Shown here one piece after another: positions 10,155 through 19,064 of a stretch of 64,000 nt of DNA. Location: contig CAWDDT010000010.1 of assembly GCA_963801165.1 (NCBI GenBank), forward strand, positions 64,001 through 128,000. The letters are read 5' to 3'. How positions within the stretch are numbered: the first letter of the stretch is position 1; each line of letters opens with the position of its first letter. Made by a program: the position numbers and the translations under genes. Source of the stretch: an uncultured bacterium (GTDB taxonomy: Bacteria; Actinomycetota; Acidimicrobiia; Spongiisociales; UBA5794). A model generated the notes under the pieces. It searched no databases. It was not told where the DNA came from and worked only from the letters and a program-made list of their open reading frames with translations.

Positions 10155-11864
10155 ATGGTTACTGAAACAACGGCGGCTCCTGTCTACGAGATCAGCAAGA
10201 CGGACAAGAGGTTCATCGGCTGGCACATCTTCATTGCGGTGACCGCACTGACAATCGGGAGCCTCTTTGGCCCACTGCAGGCTCTGGAGCAGGCAGGGAT
10301 AGATCTCTATCCGAAGCTCGACTTCCTGTTCATCCACATGAACGCGATGCCGTCGGCGTACTACCAGGGTCTCACGCTGCATGGGGTGCTGAACGCGCTG
10401 ATTTGGACGACGTTCTTCATCACAGGGTTCTCCACTCTTGCCGTGATCAGGGGTCTGAAGCGTGAGCTGGCGTACCCGCTGCTGAACCGGATCGGGTTCT
10501 GGACGATGGTGGTCGGTCTCGTCACCGCGGCGATCCCGCTGCTGGGCGACAAGGCCAGCGTCCTTTACACGTTCTACCCGCCCCTGCAGGCAGACAAGCT
10601 GTTCTACATCGGTCTGGTTCTGGTGGTTGTCGGGAGCTGGACGGAGGGTTGGGGGTTCTACTTCACCGTCGGCAAGTGGCGTAAGGAGCACCCGGGCGAG
10701 AAGCTGCCGTTTATCACGCTGGCCGTCGTGATCAACATGGTCATGTGGCAAATCGCCACCGTCGGCATCGCCGCCGAGATTCTCGGCCTCATCCTGCCGT
10801 GGGCATTCAACCTGTCAGGCGGTATCGACCCACAAATGTCCCGGACGTTCTTCTGGTTCACCGGACACCCACTTGTGTACTTCTGGCTGCTACCGGCCTA
10901 TGCGTCCTGGTACGGGATGCTTCCCAAGCAGGTCGGCGGCAAGCTATTCAGCAATACGCTGGCGAAACTGGCCTTCTGGCTCTTCCTCCTGCTGTCTGTG
11001 CCCCTCGGCTTCCACCACCAGTTCGTGGATCCGGGCGTTCCGGCCGGATGGAAGTTCATCCACTCGATGCTGACGCTTGGCGTGTTCTTCCCGTCGCTGC
11101 TGACGCTGTTCACCGTGGTGGCGTCGTTGGAATACGGCGCCAGGAAACGCGGAGGAAAGGGCCTCTTTGGGTGGATCCGGGCGCTGCCGTGGGGCGATCC
11201 GTCGGTGGCCGCCCAGCTGCTGGCAGGAATCCTGTTCATGTTCGGAGGCATTAGCGGTCTCGCCAATGCCTCATACAACGTGAACCTGGTGCTGCACAAC
11301 ACCACCTGGGTCCCCGGCCACTTCCACCTGACCGTGGCGTCGGCCGTGACCCTGTCGTTCGTCGGGATGTCGTACTGGCTCGTTCCTCACATCACGGGTA
11401 AACCTCTATGGCGTCCCAAGCTGGCAGTGGCCGGGGCCTGGACGTACTTCGGCGGCATGCTGATCTTTTCGAACGCGATGCACACAGTCGGGCTGCTCGG
11501 GGCGCCGCGGCGCACCCCGCTCGGGCTGGCTCCTTATGTTCCCAGCGAATGGAACGGCCACCTTTTCCGGGTAGCCGTCGGTGGGGCGATCATGTGGATC
11601 GGGCTGATGACGTTCGTCGTTGTCATCGCCGTCACCGCTTTCCAGCGGAAGCGGCTGCCTGCCGGCGAGTTCGTCGATATCCCGGTCGCCGAGTCGCTGG
11701 ACGATCCCAACAACATTCCATTGTGGCTCGACCGATTCAAGCCGTGGCTGATCGCAGCCGCCGTGCTGATCATTCTCGCCTACGGACCCCAGATGTTGGA
11801 TCAGATCTTCGGAATACAGTTGACGTCACCGGGATACATTCCCACATCCCCGGCGTCATTGTGA
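10155..11864 (+). CDS. cbaA: B-family (ba3-type) heme-copper oxidase subunit I
   Basis: YYQGLTLHGVLNA, GHPLVYFW (His-Tyr cross-link pair), GFHHQFVD, HNTTWVPGHFH; start ATG 10155 after GGAGG. Confidence 0.93.
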   Translation: MVTETTAAPVYEISKTDKRFIGWHIFIAVTALTIGSLFGPLQALEQAGIDLYPKLDFLFIHMNAMPSAYYQGLTLHGVLNALIWTTFFITGFSTLAVIRGLKRELAYPLLNRIGFWTMVVGLVTAAIPLLGDKASVLYTFYPPLQADKLFYIGLVLVVVGSWTEGWGFYFTVGKWRKEHPGEKLPFITLAVVINMVMWQIATVGIAAEILGLILPWAFNLSGGIDPQMSRTFFWFTGHPLVYFWLLPAYASWYGMLPKQVGGKLFSNTLAKLAFWLFLLLSVPLGFHHQFVDPGVPAGWKFIHSMLTLGVFFPSLLTLFTVVASLEYGARKRGGKGLFGWIRALPWGDPSVAAQLLAGILFMFGGISGLANASYNVNLVLHNTTWVPGHFHLTVASAVTLSFVGMSYWLVPHITGKPLWRPKLAVAGAWTYFGGMLIFSNAMHTVGLLGAPRRTPLGLAPYVPSEWNGHLFRVAVGGAIMWIGLMTFVVVIAVTAFQRKRLPAGEFVDIPVAESLDDPNNIPLWLDRFKPWLIAAAVLIILAYGPQMLDQIFGIQLTSPGYIPTSPASL

Positions 11865-11891
11865 GCCCTGCGGTCTGGAAGAAACAAGAGC

Positions 11892-14213
11892 TTGAGTAAA
11901 CGCGACGAAGTCCCGCTGGACGGGCCATCAGTCGACTGGCCGCTCCGCACCCGGAACAGGGTACGGAGCGGCTTGCGCGTGCTGGAGCGTTTGAGCCTGA
12001 AAGCGGAACGACCCGTGGGCAAGGCGGTTGGCTCACCCCGTCTCAACCCCTTCTACCACACGGGGACGATCTCGGTCTTTCTGTTTGGGGTGGTGCTGGT
12101 CACCGGGATCTACCTCACCGCGTTCTACCAGTATGGCTTCGCCGACTCCTACAAGGCGGTCGCCGCCATCGAGGCGAACGTGGCCGGCAGGATGGTGCGG
12201 GCGGTTCATCGGTACGCCTCGGTGGCGCTCGTCGTGACGTCTCTGCTCCACGGCTGGCGAACGTTCTTCCAGGATCGGTTCCGTGGCTCGCGTTGGGTCG
12301 CCTGGGTATCGGGTGTGGGGATGATGCTGCTCCTCTGGGTGATCGGCGTCACCGGGTACTGGCTCATATGGGACGAGCGGGCCGAGGTCATCAACCGGGT
12401 GTTTATCAGGGCGATCGACGGGATGACTCTCGGGCTCGACTTCGTCATCGACAGCGTCGTCTCGCCGGTGGCCGGCACGGGCTGGCCCTTCCTGCTGCTG
12501 ATATTCCTGATCCACTTCGGTTTGTCGATGCTGGCCGGCGTCCTCATCTGGGTACACGTCAAGCGTCTCAACCGCGCCAAACTGCTGCCGCCACGTTTCT
12601 GGATGATCCTCATCGGCGGTGCCATCGTGATCGCGGCGGTGGTATGGCCGGTCGGGATGCTGGGCTCGTTTGATCCCAACCGGCTGCCCGGAACCTTCCC
12701 CGTGGACCCGTTCTACCTGTTCTTGATGCCGCTCGGGCTCCGGTGGTCTCCGGGTTGGCTCTGGGGCGGCGTCGTAGTGGTGAGTGCTTTGGTGACCGGG
12801 ATTCCCTGGCTGCTGCGACGCCAACCGCTCGACCCCATCGTCGTGAATGCCGATCGCTGCACGGGGTGCACCCTCTGTGTCGCCGACTGCCCCTACAAGG
12901 CGCTCGAGATGGTGCCTCGCGAGGACGACACGAAGTACCGCCAACTCGCCGTGGTGCTCGAGGATCTATGCGTGGCGTGCGGTATCTGCGTCGGCAGCTG
13001 TCCGACCGAGGCGCTAACGCTGGGCGATCAGCCCGCTGAGGCGTTGTGGGACGAAGTGCGCCATCTCGCCGGGACGGGTGACAGCCCCCGAATCGTGTTG
13101 ACCTGCGAGCGGCACGCGCTACAAGGTGCCGCGACACACGTCGGTGAGGGGGGTCTGGACATCGACGGCAAGCCGGGCCACGTCGTAGCGGTGCCCTGCG
13201 TGGGCATGATTCACCCGGGGCTGGTGGGAGCGGCCCTCGAGGCCGGGGCAGGTGACGTCCAGATCATCGGGTGCCCTCCGGCCGACTGCACCAACCGGGA
13301 GGGAAACGACTGGTTGCAGGCGCGGCTCGACCGGGAGCGGGTCCCCCGTCTCAAACGTGAGTACGTAGACGCACGGATCACCACAGACTGGATACCGCCC
13401 GACTCGTTCGGCGAGGCCGTCGCCAACCCGGGCGGACAGCCGATCGCCGATCCCGAGGAGCGGCCGGATCGGCGCCGTCAGATACCGGCGCTCATCCTCG
13501 TGACCGTCGTCACGCTCGTTTCGATTGCGCTGACCAACATCAGGTTCACTCCGGCTACGGCAGGCGAGACTGTGATCGCTCTCGCCGTCGACCACGAGGG
13601 CGGGGAGCCGCTGATGGGGTTCGAGAACATGAAGCCTGCGGTAGAGGAAGGCATCCCGCCGCGACTCGTTGTCGAGCTAGACGGACGGTCGGTGTTCGAC
13701 AAGACCTATGACGTAGTGCATGCCGACGGTGGTGAGACCGCTCTCGGCTACGACCTGATCGAGGTCGAGCCCGGCCAGCACCAGGTCAAGGTCACCATGT
13801 TTGACCGATCCGACCAACCGGGGGGCTTCGTCGTGTTCGACGACGTCGTTGGGCTGAAGGTCGGTCAGATCTTCAACGTTGCGTTGAACGACGAACCGGT
13901 GACCACAGAGGCCGACGCGGGGCGTTCTCTGTTCATGGAGAACACGTTCGGCGTCAACACGGGGTGCCGGCTGTGCCACTCGCTCGAACCCGGCGTCGTG
14001 TTGGTTGGTCCTTCGCTCGCAGGGGTTGCCACCCGAGCCGAAACCCGGGTGCCCGGCTTGACGGCCGCTGAGTACCTGCGCCAGTCGATCGTCGACCCCA
14101 ACGCTTACGTCGTCGACGGATTCCCCAAAGGTCAGATGTTCCAGAACTTTGCCCAGGTGCTGACCGGGGAGCAGATCGATAGCCTCGTCGCGTTCCTGCT
14201 GACTCTCAAGTAG
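11892..14213 (+). CDS. Fusion protein: cytochrome b + 2x[4Fe-4S] ferredoxin + MvhD/FlpD-like Fe-S domain + TM + cytochrome c
   Basis: Heme b His pairs (HRYAS...LLHGWR; IHFG...WVHVK), CTGCTLCVADCP and CVACGICVGSCP, VPCVGMIHP and GCPPADCTNREG, CRLCH. Confidence 0.85.
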   Translation: MSKRDEVPLDGPSVDWPLRTRNRVRSGLRVLERLSLKAERPVGKAVGSPRLNPFYHTGTISVFLFGVVLVTGIYLTAFYQYGFADSYKAVAAIEANVAGRMVRAVHRYASVALVVTSLLHGWRTFFQDRFRGSRWVAWVSGVGMMLLLWVIGVTGYWLIWDERAEVINRVFIRAIDGMTLGLDFVIDSVVSPVAGTGWPFLLLIFLIHFGLSMLAGVLIWVHVKRLNRAKLLPPRFWMILIGGAIVIAAVVWPVGMLGSFDPNRLPGTFPVDPFYLFLMPLGLRWSPGWLWGGVVVVSALVTGIPWLLRRQPLDPIVVNADRCTGCTLCVADCPYKALEMVPREDDTKYRQLAVVLEDLCVACGICVGSCPTEALTLGDQPAEALWDEVRHLAGTGDSPRIVLTCERHALQGAATHVGEGGLDIDGKPGHVVAVPCVGMIHPGLVGAALEAGAGDVQIIGCPPADCTNREGNDWLQARLDRERVPRLKREYVDARITTDWIPPDSFGEAVANPGGQPIADPEERPDRRRQIPALILVTVVTLVSIALTNIRFTPATAGETVIALAVDHEGGEPLMGFENMKPAVEEGIPPRLVVELDGRSVFDKTYDVVHADGGETALGYDLIEVEPGQHQVKVTMFDRSDQPGGFVVFDDVVGLKVGQIFNVALNDEPVTTEADAGRSLFMENTFGVNTGCRLCHSLEPGVVLVGPSLAGVATRAETRVPGLTAAEYLRQSIVDPNAYVVDGFPKGQMFQNFAQVLTGEQIDSLVAFLLTLK

Positions 14214-14215
14214 CT

Positions 14216-14650
14216 ATGACGTCGATGCGGGCGACGTCGATGCGGGCGAGGTCGATGCGGGCGGCGGCGGCGGCTCTGGTGCTCCTGGTGACCGGATGTG
14301 GGGGAGGCTCCGCCCCGGCTGCGACGGTAGACGTACCGGTGGCGACGCCGCGACCGGTGGAGACGCTTGGCAGAGAGCTCTTTGCTGAGAGGGTGATCGG
14401 CACGAACCCGGGGTGTGTCACCTGTCATTCGCTCGAGGAGGGTGTCACCCTTGTCGGCCCGTCGCTGGCTGGCGTGTCATCACGCATCGAAGGAATGAGC
14501 GATTCCGACTACGTCCGGCAATCCATCGTCGACCCCGATGCCTATGTCGTCCCGGGGTTCACTGCCGGCCAGATGAGTCAGAACTGGGGCGAAGTCCTCA
14601 CCGAGGAGCAGGTCGACAGCCTGGTCGATTTCCTGGTGACGAGCGGCTGA
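14216..14650 (+). CDS. Cytochrome c lipoprotein
   Basis: Lipobox VTGC; CVTCH heme-binding motif; similar to the C-terminal cytochrome c domain of the upstream fusion (VGPSLAGV...RQSIVDP). Confidence 0.88.
   Translation: MTSMRATSMRARSMRAAAAALVLLVTGCGGGSAPAATVDVPVATPRPVETLGRELFAERVIGTNPGCVTCHSLEEGVTLVGPSLAGVSSRIEGMSDSDYVRQSIVDPDAYVVPGFTAGQMSQNWGEVLTEEQVDSLVDFLVTSG
14218..14262 (+). repeat. 15-bp unit GACGTCGATGCGGGC x3 at the gene start (in frame)
   Basis: Encodes MTSMRATSMRARSMRA. Confidence 0.85.
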
Positions 14651-14704
14651 CGGGTCCTGGTCCGCCCTCTAGCCGGGCAAGGCACCCGGCCCCCCCCATG
14701 CCGG

Positions 14705-15133
14705 CTACTTGACCGGGAATGCCTCTTCGGTGCCGCTGGCGCCCTCTCCGGCGACCGTGCGCTCGCCGTGCAGCTCGCCATCGTCGTTGATTTCGTAGCG
14801 GGCGGTACCTTGTGAGGCCGAGTCGAATCCCTGCCACTCGACATCCAACTCGGTGCCGGTGACCGTTCCCTTTCCCGTCTGGATGCTCCCGGTGATGATC
14901 CACTGCATGTTGACGACGTCGGGTTGATCGGTGGCGACGATCTCGAGGGTGCCCCCGTATTCGGTGCCTTCCGGGTCCACCCCGTTTACGTAGTAAGTGC
15001 CGACAAGACTGCCGTCGAAACCCTGCTGCGGGAAGGCGCACGCGGATGCGGTGATGGCGACCAGCAGAGCTAACGTAATAGGAGCCCGTAGCAAGCGGTT
15101 GCGGCGCGGACGCGTTTGGTTGGCAGGGGCCAT
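14705..15133 (-). CDS. Hypothetical lipoprotein
   Basis: Arg-rich N-terminus, hydrophobic stretch, ASAC lipobox, beta-rich mature part; start ATG 15133. Confidence 0.65.
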   Translation of the reverse strand: MAPANQTRPRRNRLLRAPITLALLVAITASACAFPQQGFDGSLVGTYYVNGVDPEGTEYGGTLEIVATDQPDVVNMQWIITGSIQTGKGTVTGTELDVEWQGFDSASQGTARYEINDDGELHGERTVAGEGASGTEEAFPVK

Positions 15134-15203
15134 CGGGTCTCCGGATCGATTGCAGTCGGGGAGTATATATGGAGCCCCGGATGGTGCTTCCACGAGGAGA
15201 CGC

Positions 15204-15872
15204 ATGCGCAAGAAGGTGATCATCGGCTCGGCCATTCCGGTGGTTCTGATCATCGGTGCCGCGGTTGCGTTCGCCGTTTTCCAGCCCATCCAGGTGCTGC
15301 CTCGTATCCGGTTGGCGCCGGGCTATCTGCTGGTGAACCAGGATGGTGAGACCGTGTCCTCCGAGGACGTTCGCGGTGACATCGTCCTCTACGACTTCAC
15401 CTACAGCGGTTGCGGCGACGAGTGCGCAGCGATGAATGACACCATGGCCGCAATTCAGAGCCGTCTCGACGAGATCGACGCCGGCGACACGGATATCAGG
15501 TTCATGACGGTCTCATTCGACCCGGAGCATGACACGCCCGGCGTATTGCGCGACTACGCCGCCACACTCGGCGCCAATACCGCGCAATGGCAGTTCGTCA
15601 CCGGCGACCCGATCCACGTGACCAATGTCGTGAAATCCGGTTTCGAGGTCTATTACCAGCCGCAGCCTGACGGCACGTACACGTTCGCTCCCGTGTTCGT
15701 CCTGGTGGATGGGTGGGGAGTGATCAGGGGTGAGTACCGCTACCAGACCAATGCCTCCGATGCCGACAAGATCGTGCACCACATGGACATCCTCGGCGAG
15801 GAGGTGCGCAATGCACACGGTGCCGCCGCCCTGGCATACGAGGCAGCCCACTTCTTCCTCTGCTACCCATGA
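15204..15872 (+). CDS. SCO1/SenC family protein (atypical)
   Basis: FTYSGCGDEC CxxxC motif, VSFDPEHDTP; start ATG 15204 after GAGGAG. Confidence 0.85.
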   Translation: MRKKVIIGSAIPVVLIIGAAVAFAVFQPIQVLPRIRLAPGYLLVNQDGETVSSEDVRGDIVLYDFTYSGCGDECAAMNDTMAAIQSRLDEIDAGDTDIRFMTVSFDPEHDTPGVLRDYAATLGANTAQWQFVTGDPIHVTNVVKSGFEVYYQPQPDGTYTFAPVFVLVDGWGVIRGEYRYQTNASDADKIVHHMDILGEEVRNAHGAAALAYEAAHFFLCYP

Positions 15873-16483
15873 AAGGTAGGCGTCTCTGGACGGGTATTGC
15901 GGTCGGGCTGCTCGGCGTGCTGGTGGCGTGGTTCGTGATCTTGCCGCATTTCGTCAACAGGGTCCGCCCCCACATCTTCGGGGGGACCGTTGTCCAGTCG
16001 AACCAGAAGGTCCCCAACACCGAGCTCATGTCGGCCAACGGACCGGTCCGGCTCTCCGATTTCGCCGGCAAGTTGCTGGTTGTGTACTTCGGCTACACCT
16101 ACTGCCCGGACGTCTGCCCGGCGACCCTGAGCAAGCTGGCCGATTCCATGGAAATCGTGGGTGACAAGGCAGACGACGTCCAGGTGATAATGGTGTCGAT
16201 CGACCCGGCGCGGGACACACCAGATGTCATACAGGACTACGTGACCCACTTCGATCCCGATTTCCTCGGACTGACCGGTGACGAGGCTTCGGTCAACCTC
16301 GTGGCTACGCTCTTCGGCGTCACCTACCAGCGGGTCGACAATGCAGAGGCCACCAGCTACACGATGGATCACACCTCAACCGTTATCCTCGTCGACCGTG
16401 AGGGATACCTGAAGCTCGTGCTCCCCTTCGAAGGATCAGCGGAGCAGATCGCATCCGACATCGACTTCTTCCTGAGCAAATGA
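15869..16483 (+). CDS. SCO1/SenC family copper chaperone
   Basis: YFGYTYCPDVCP, SIDPARDTP, YTMDHTS. Confidence 0.92.
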   Translation: MKGRRLWTGIAVGLLGVLVAWFVILPHFVNRVRPHIFGGTVVQSNQKVPNTELMSANGPVRLSDFAGKLLVVYFGYTYCPDVCPATLSKLADSMEIVGDKADDVQVIMVSIDPARDTPDVIQDYVTHFDPDFLGLTGDEASVNLVATLFGVTYQRVDNAEATSYTMDHTSTVILVDREGYLKLVLPFEGSAEQIASDIDFFLSK

Positions 16484-17079
16484 ACACAAGACGCTGGATG
16501 ATCCCGGTTGCCGCCCTCCTGGGGGTTCTCGTTGCTTTGCTCGCGCTCTCACTGCGCAGCAAGCCGCACGAGTTCATCGGGACCGTGTTTGCCGATGAGG
16601 AGGTAGCGCCTGATTTCACACTCACCGCAGACAGTGGGGAACCGGCGTCACTCAGCGACTATCGGGGCGACGTTGTCCTGCTCTATTTCGGGTACACGTA
16701 CTGTCCGGACGTCTGCCCGACCGTGCTGGCGAATCTGGCGGCGGTGCGGGAGACGCTGAGTCAAACCGATCGGGATCGGGTCCAGGTGGTGATGGTCTCG
16801 GTCGATCCCGCCCGGGATACTCCGGATGTCTTGCATACGTACCTGGAGCATTTTGATCCTTCGTTTGTGGGGTTCACCGGCTCGAGCGATGAGATCGCCA
16901 AGGTTGCCGCCGCATACAACGTCACCTACGAGGCGCACGAGGGTACCGCCGCAACCGGGTACCTCGTCGATCATTGGGCCGGGTTCTACCTCGTTGATCC
17001 CGGGGGGAACCTGGTCGAGTCATTCAGCTACGGTACGCCTGCTGTAGACGTCGCCGCCGATGTCAGGGAGTGGCTGTGA
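16480..17079 (+). CDS. SCO1/SenC family copper chaperone
   Basis: YFGYTYCPDVCP, SVDPARDTP, YLVDHWA. Confidence 0.92.
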   Translation: MNTRRWMIPVAALLGVLVALLALSLRSKPHEFIGTVFADEEVAPDFTLTADSGEPASLSDYRGDVVLLYFGYTYCPDVCPTVLANLAAVRETLSQTDRDRVQVVMVSVDPARDTPDVLHTYLEHFDPSFVGFTGSSDEIAKVAAAYNVTYEAHEGTAATGYLVDHWAGFYLVDPGGNLVESFSYGTPAVDVAADVREWL

Positions 17080-18014
17080 TGCGAAGAGTGATTCTCGACA
17101 CCGATCCGGGTCAGGACGACGCGTTTGCGATTCTGCTCGCGGTCGCCTCGCCCGAGGATATCGAGCTCCAGGCGCTCACCACCGCCGCCGGCAACGTCAC
17201 CGTGGACAAGACCACCCGCAACGCATTACGACTTCTCGAGCTTGCCGGGGCACCCCAGATCCCGGTGTACCGGGGGTGTTCCCGGCCGATGGTCAACGAG
17301 CTGTTCACGGCCGAGTACGTACACGGGGTGACCGGGCTAGACGGACCCGATCTTCCCGAGCCGCGGTCGGTGGCCGCGTCATTACACGCGGTCGACTATC
17401 TGATCACCGGGCTGACGGCTGCCGGGCCACGATCGGTGACAGTCTGTCTGATCGGTCCGATGACCAATATGGCGATGGCGCTGGTCATGGAGCCCGGGAT
17501 CGCGGACCGGATCGACGAGTTCGTGATCATGGGGGGTAGCTTCCACGCCGGGGGGAACGTCACTCCCGCCGCCGAATTCAACGTGTTTGTCGACCCGCAC
17601 GCCGCCCACGTGGTGCTGACCAGTGGGGTGCCGATCACGATCATGCCGCTCGACGCTACCCACCAGGTACAAGCCACTCCGTCTCGCGCCGCGCGATTCC
17701 GCGAGCTGGGTTCGCCGGTTGGCGAAGCAGTGACGGCAATGCTCGACTTTGCCTCCCGCCATGACATCGCCGAGCGCGGGTTCGGCGGCTACCCGCTTCA
17801 CGATCCGACCGTGATCGCCTATCTGATTGCGCCCGACATCTTCGAGTCTCGTCGGGCGCACGTCTCGGTGGTCACCGACACCGGTCCCGGCCATGGCCAG
17901 ACCATCGCCGATTGGTGGGGCCAAACCGGGATGGAGCCAAACGCCAAGGTGGTCACCTCCGTTGACGCCGACCGGTTTTTCGACCTGCTCACGGAGCGTC
18001 TCGCCCGGTATTGA
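17079..18014 (+). CDS. Inosine-uridine preferring nucleoside hydrolase family
   Basis: DTDPGQDDA, AEFNVFVDPHAA, LHDP. Confidence 0.92.
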   Translation: MRRVILDTDPGQDDAFAILLAVASPEDIELQALTTAAGNVTVDKTTRNALRLLELAGAPQIPVYRGCSRPMVNELFTAEYVHGVTGLDGPDLPEPRSVAASLHAVDYLITGLTAAGPRSVTVCLIGPMTNMAMALVMEPGIADRIDEFVIMGGSFHAGGNVTPAAEFNVFVDPHAAHVVLTSGVPITIMPLDATHQVQATPSRAARFRELGSPVGEAVTAMLDFASRHDIAERGFGGYPLHDPTVIAYLIAPDIFESRRAHVSVVTDTGPGHGQTIADWWGQTGMEPNAKVVTSVDADRFFDLLTERLARY

Positions 18015-18082
18015 ATCCCGGTGCCGACGGCTCGCGCCGGGCAACGCGACAATACGGTTTCGTGTCGGAGGGCCCCATTACC

Positions 18083-18112
18083 ATCGCTATCTATGGGATC
18101 GCTATCTATGGG
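18083..18112 (+). repeat. 15-bp duplication ATCGCTATCTATGGG x2 covering the nurA start codon
   Basis: Exact direct duplication. Confidence 0.85.
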
Positions 18113-19064
18113 TCAGCTCTTTGTGGAAGGATGGGCTCCGGAGTACGGAAGCCCTTATGAGGCCGATGACGCCCTTGCCGATGAGGGAAAGGTGGACGAG
18201 TCGGTCGAAGCCGACGGTCCCTGGGTTCCCATACCCGGGGTAGACGACGGCGTTGCCGAGGTGGCAATCGTCGATGGTGTTCGGCGCATCGACGCCCGGC
18301 TCACCATCGACGAACCGGCCGGTCCTATTCCCGGGATATGCGGAAGCTACGGTGTCGGTGCCGTGATCTGGAATCGGCCCGAGGCAAGGTCGGCGTTCAC
18401 CGAGATCCAGATCGAGCGGCTGGCGGTGTTCGGCAACGGGGCCGGCGCTCCTATCCCCGCCGATGGGCCCGTTATCTACCGATCGGAATCGGTGCCCGAC
18501 TCGGATCCCGGGGCGCTCATCAGACACTTCCACGGTGCGATGCGCAAGGCGGAAGCGCGGTTGTCGGAGCGGTTGGGCCAATCGGGCCTGTTCGTAGTCG
18601 CCGACGGGCCGATCAACGACCTCTCCGCAACAGAGAAGGTCGGCTACATCAAGTCGCACCGGGCCCCGTACCTGTCGGAGCAACGAGCGCCGGTGATCGG
18701 CAGAGTGCGGGCGGGGGAGCGGACGCCGCTGTTCGTTATCGGCAAGGGCGGGCAGTACGAGCGCTACTCGTGGTACCAGCGTCTCGCCGATCTCCCCGGC
18801 GGGCACTCGTGGACCGGGGTGGTCAGGTGTGAGGTGTCGAGCGCACTCCGGCTCGCTCAAGCGATTGCGATCGCCAACCGGACGACGGCGTTGCTGCCGC
18901 TGCTTGCGTCGCAGGCCCACATAGATCCACGGGCTCCGCAGAACCTCGTGCCGATCGCCGCACTCGAGCGCGAATTGAGAAGACGCCTCGGCGACTCCGG
19001 TTTCGTCTACCGTGCTCTGAGGACCGCGGTAGCCGCCGGCAGCAGGGAGGCTCGTGATGGTTGA
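18108..19064 (+). CDS. nurA: NurA-family nuclease
   Basis: AIVDGVRR, VVADGP, GYIKSH motifs and C-terminal APQNLVPIAALERELRR; immediately upstream of herA. Confidence 0.75.
   Translation: MGQLFVEGWAPEYGSPYEADDALADEGKVDESVEADGPWVPIPGVDDGVAEVAIVDGVRRIDARLTIDEPAGPIPGICGSYGVGAVIWNRPEARSAFTEIQIERLAVFGNGAGAPIPADGPVIYRSESVPDSDPGALIRHFHGAMRKAEARLSERLGQSGLFVVADGPINDLSATEKVGYIKSHRAPYLSEQRAPVIGRVRAGERTPLFVIGKGGQYERYSWYQRLADLPGGHSWTGVVRCEVSSALRLAQAIAIANRTTALLPLLASQAHIDPRAPQNLVPIAALERELRRRLGDSGFVYRALRTAVAAGSREARDG

Noticed and set aside
10155-11864. Nitric oxide reductase of the B-family superfamily (eNOR/sNOR/bNOR)
   Set aside because: Retains the HPLVY cross-link Tyr, CuB HH and K-channel-like YASWY/PSLLT residues typical of B-type O2 reductases
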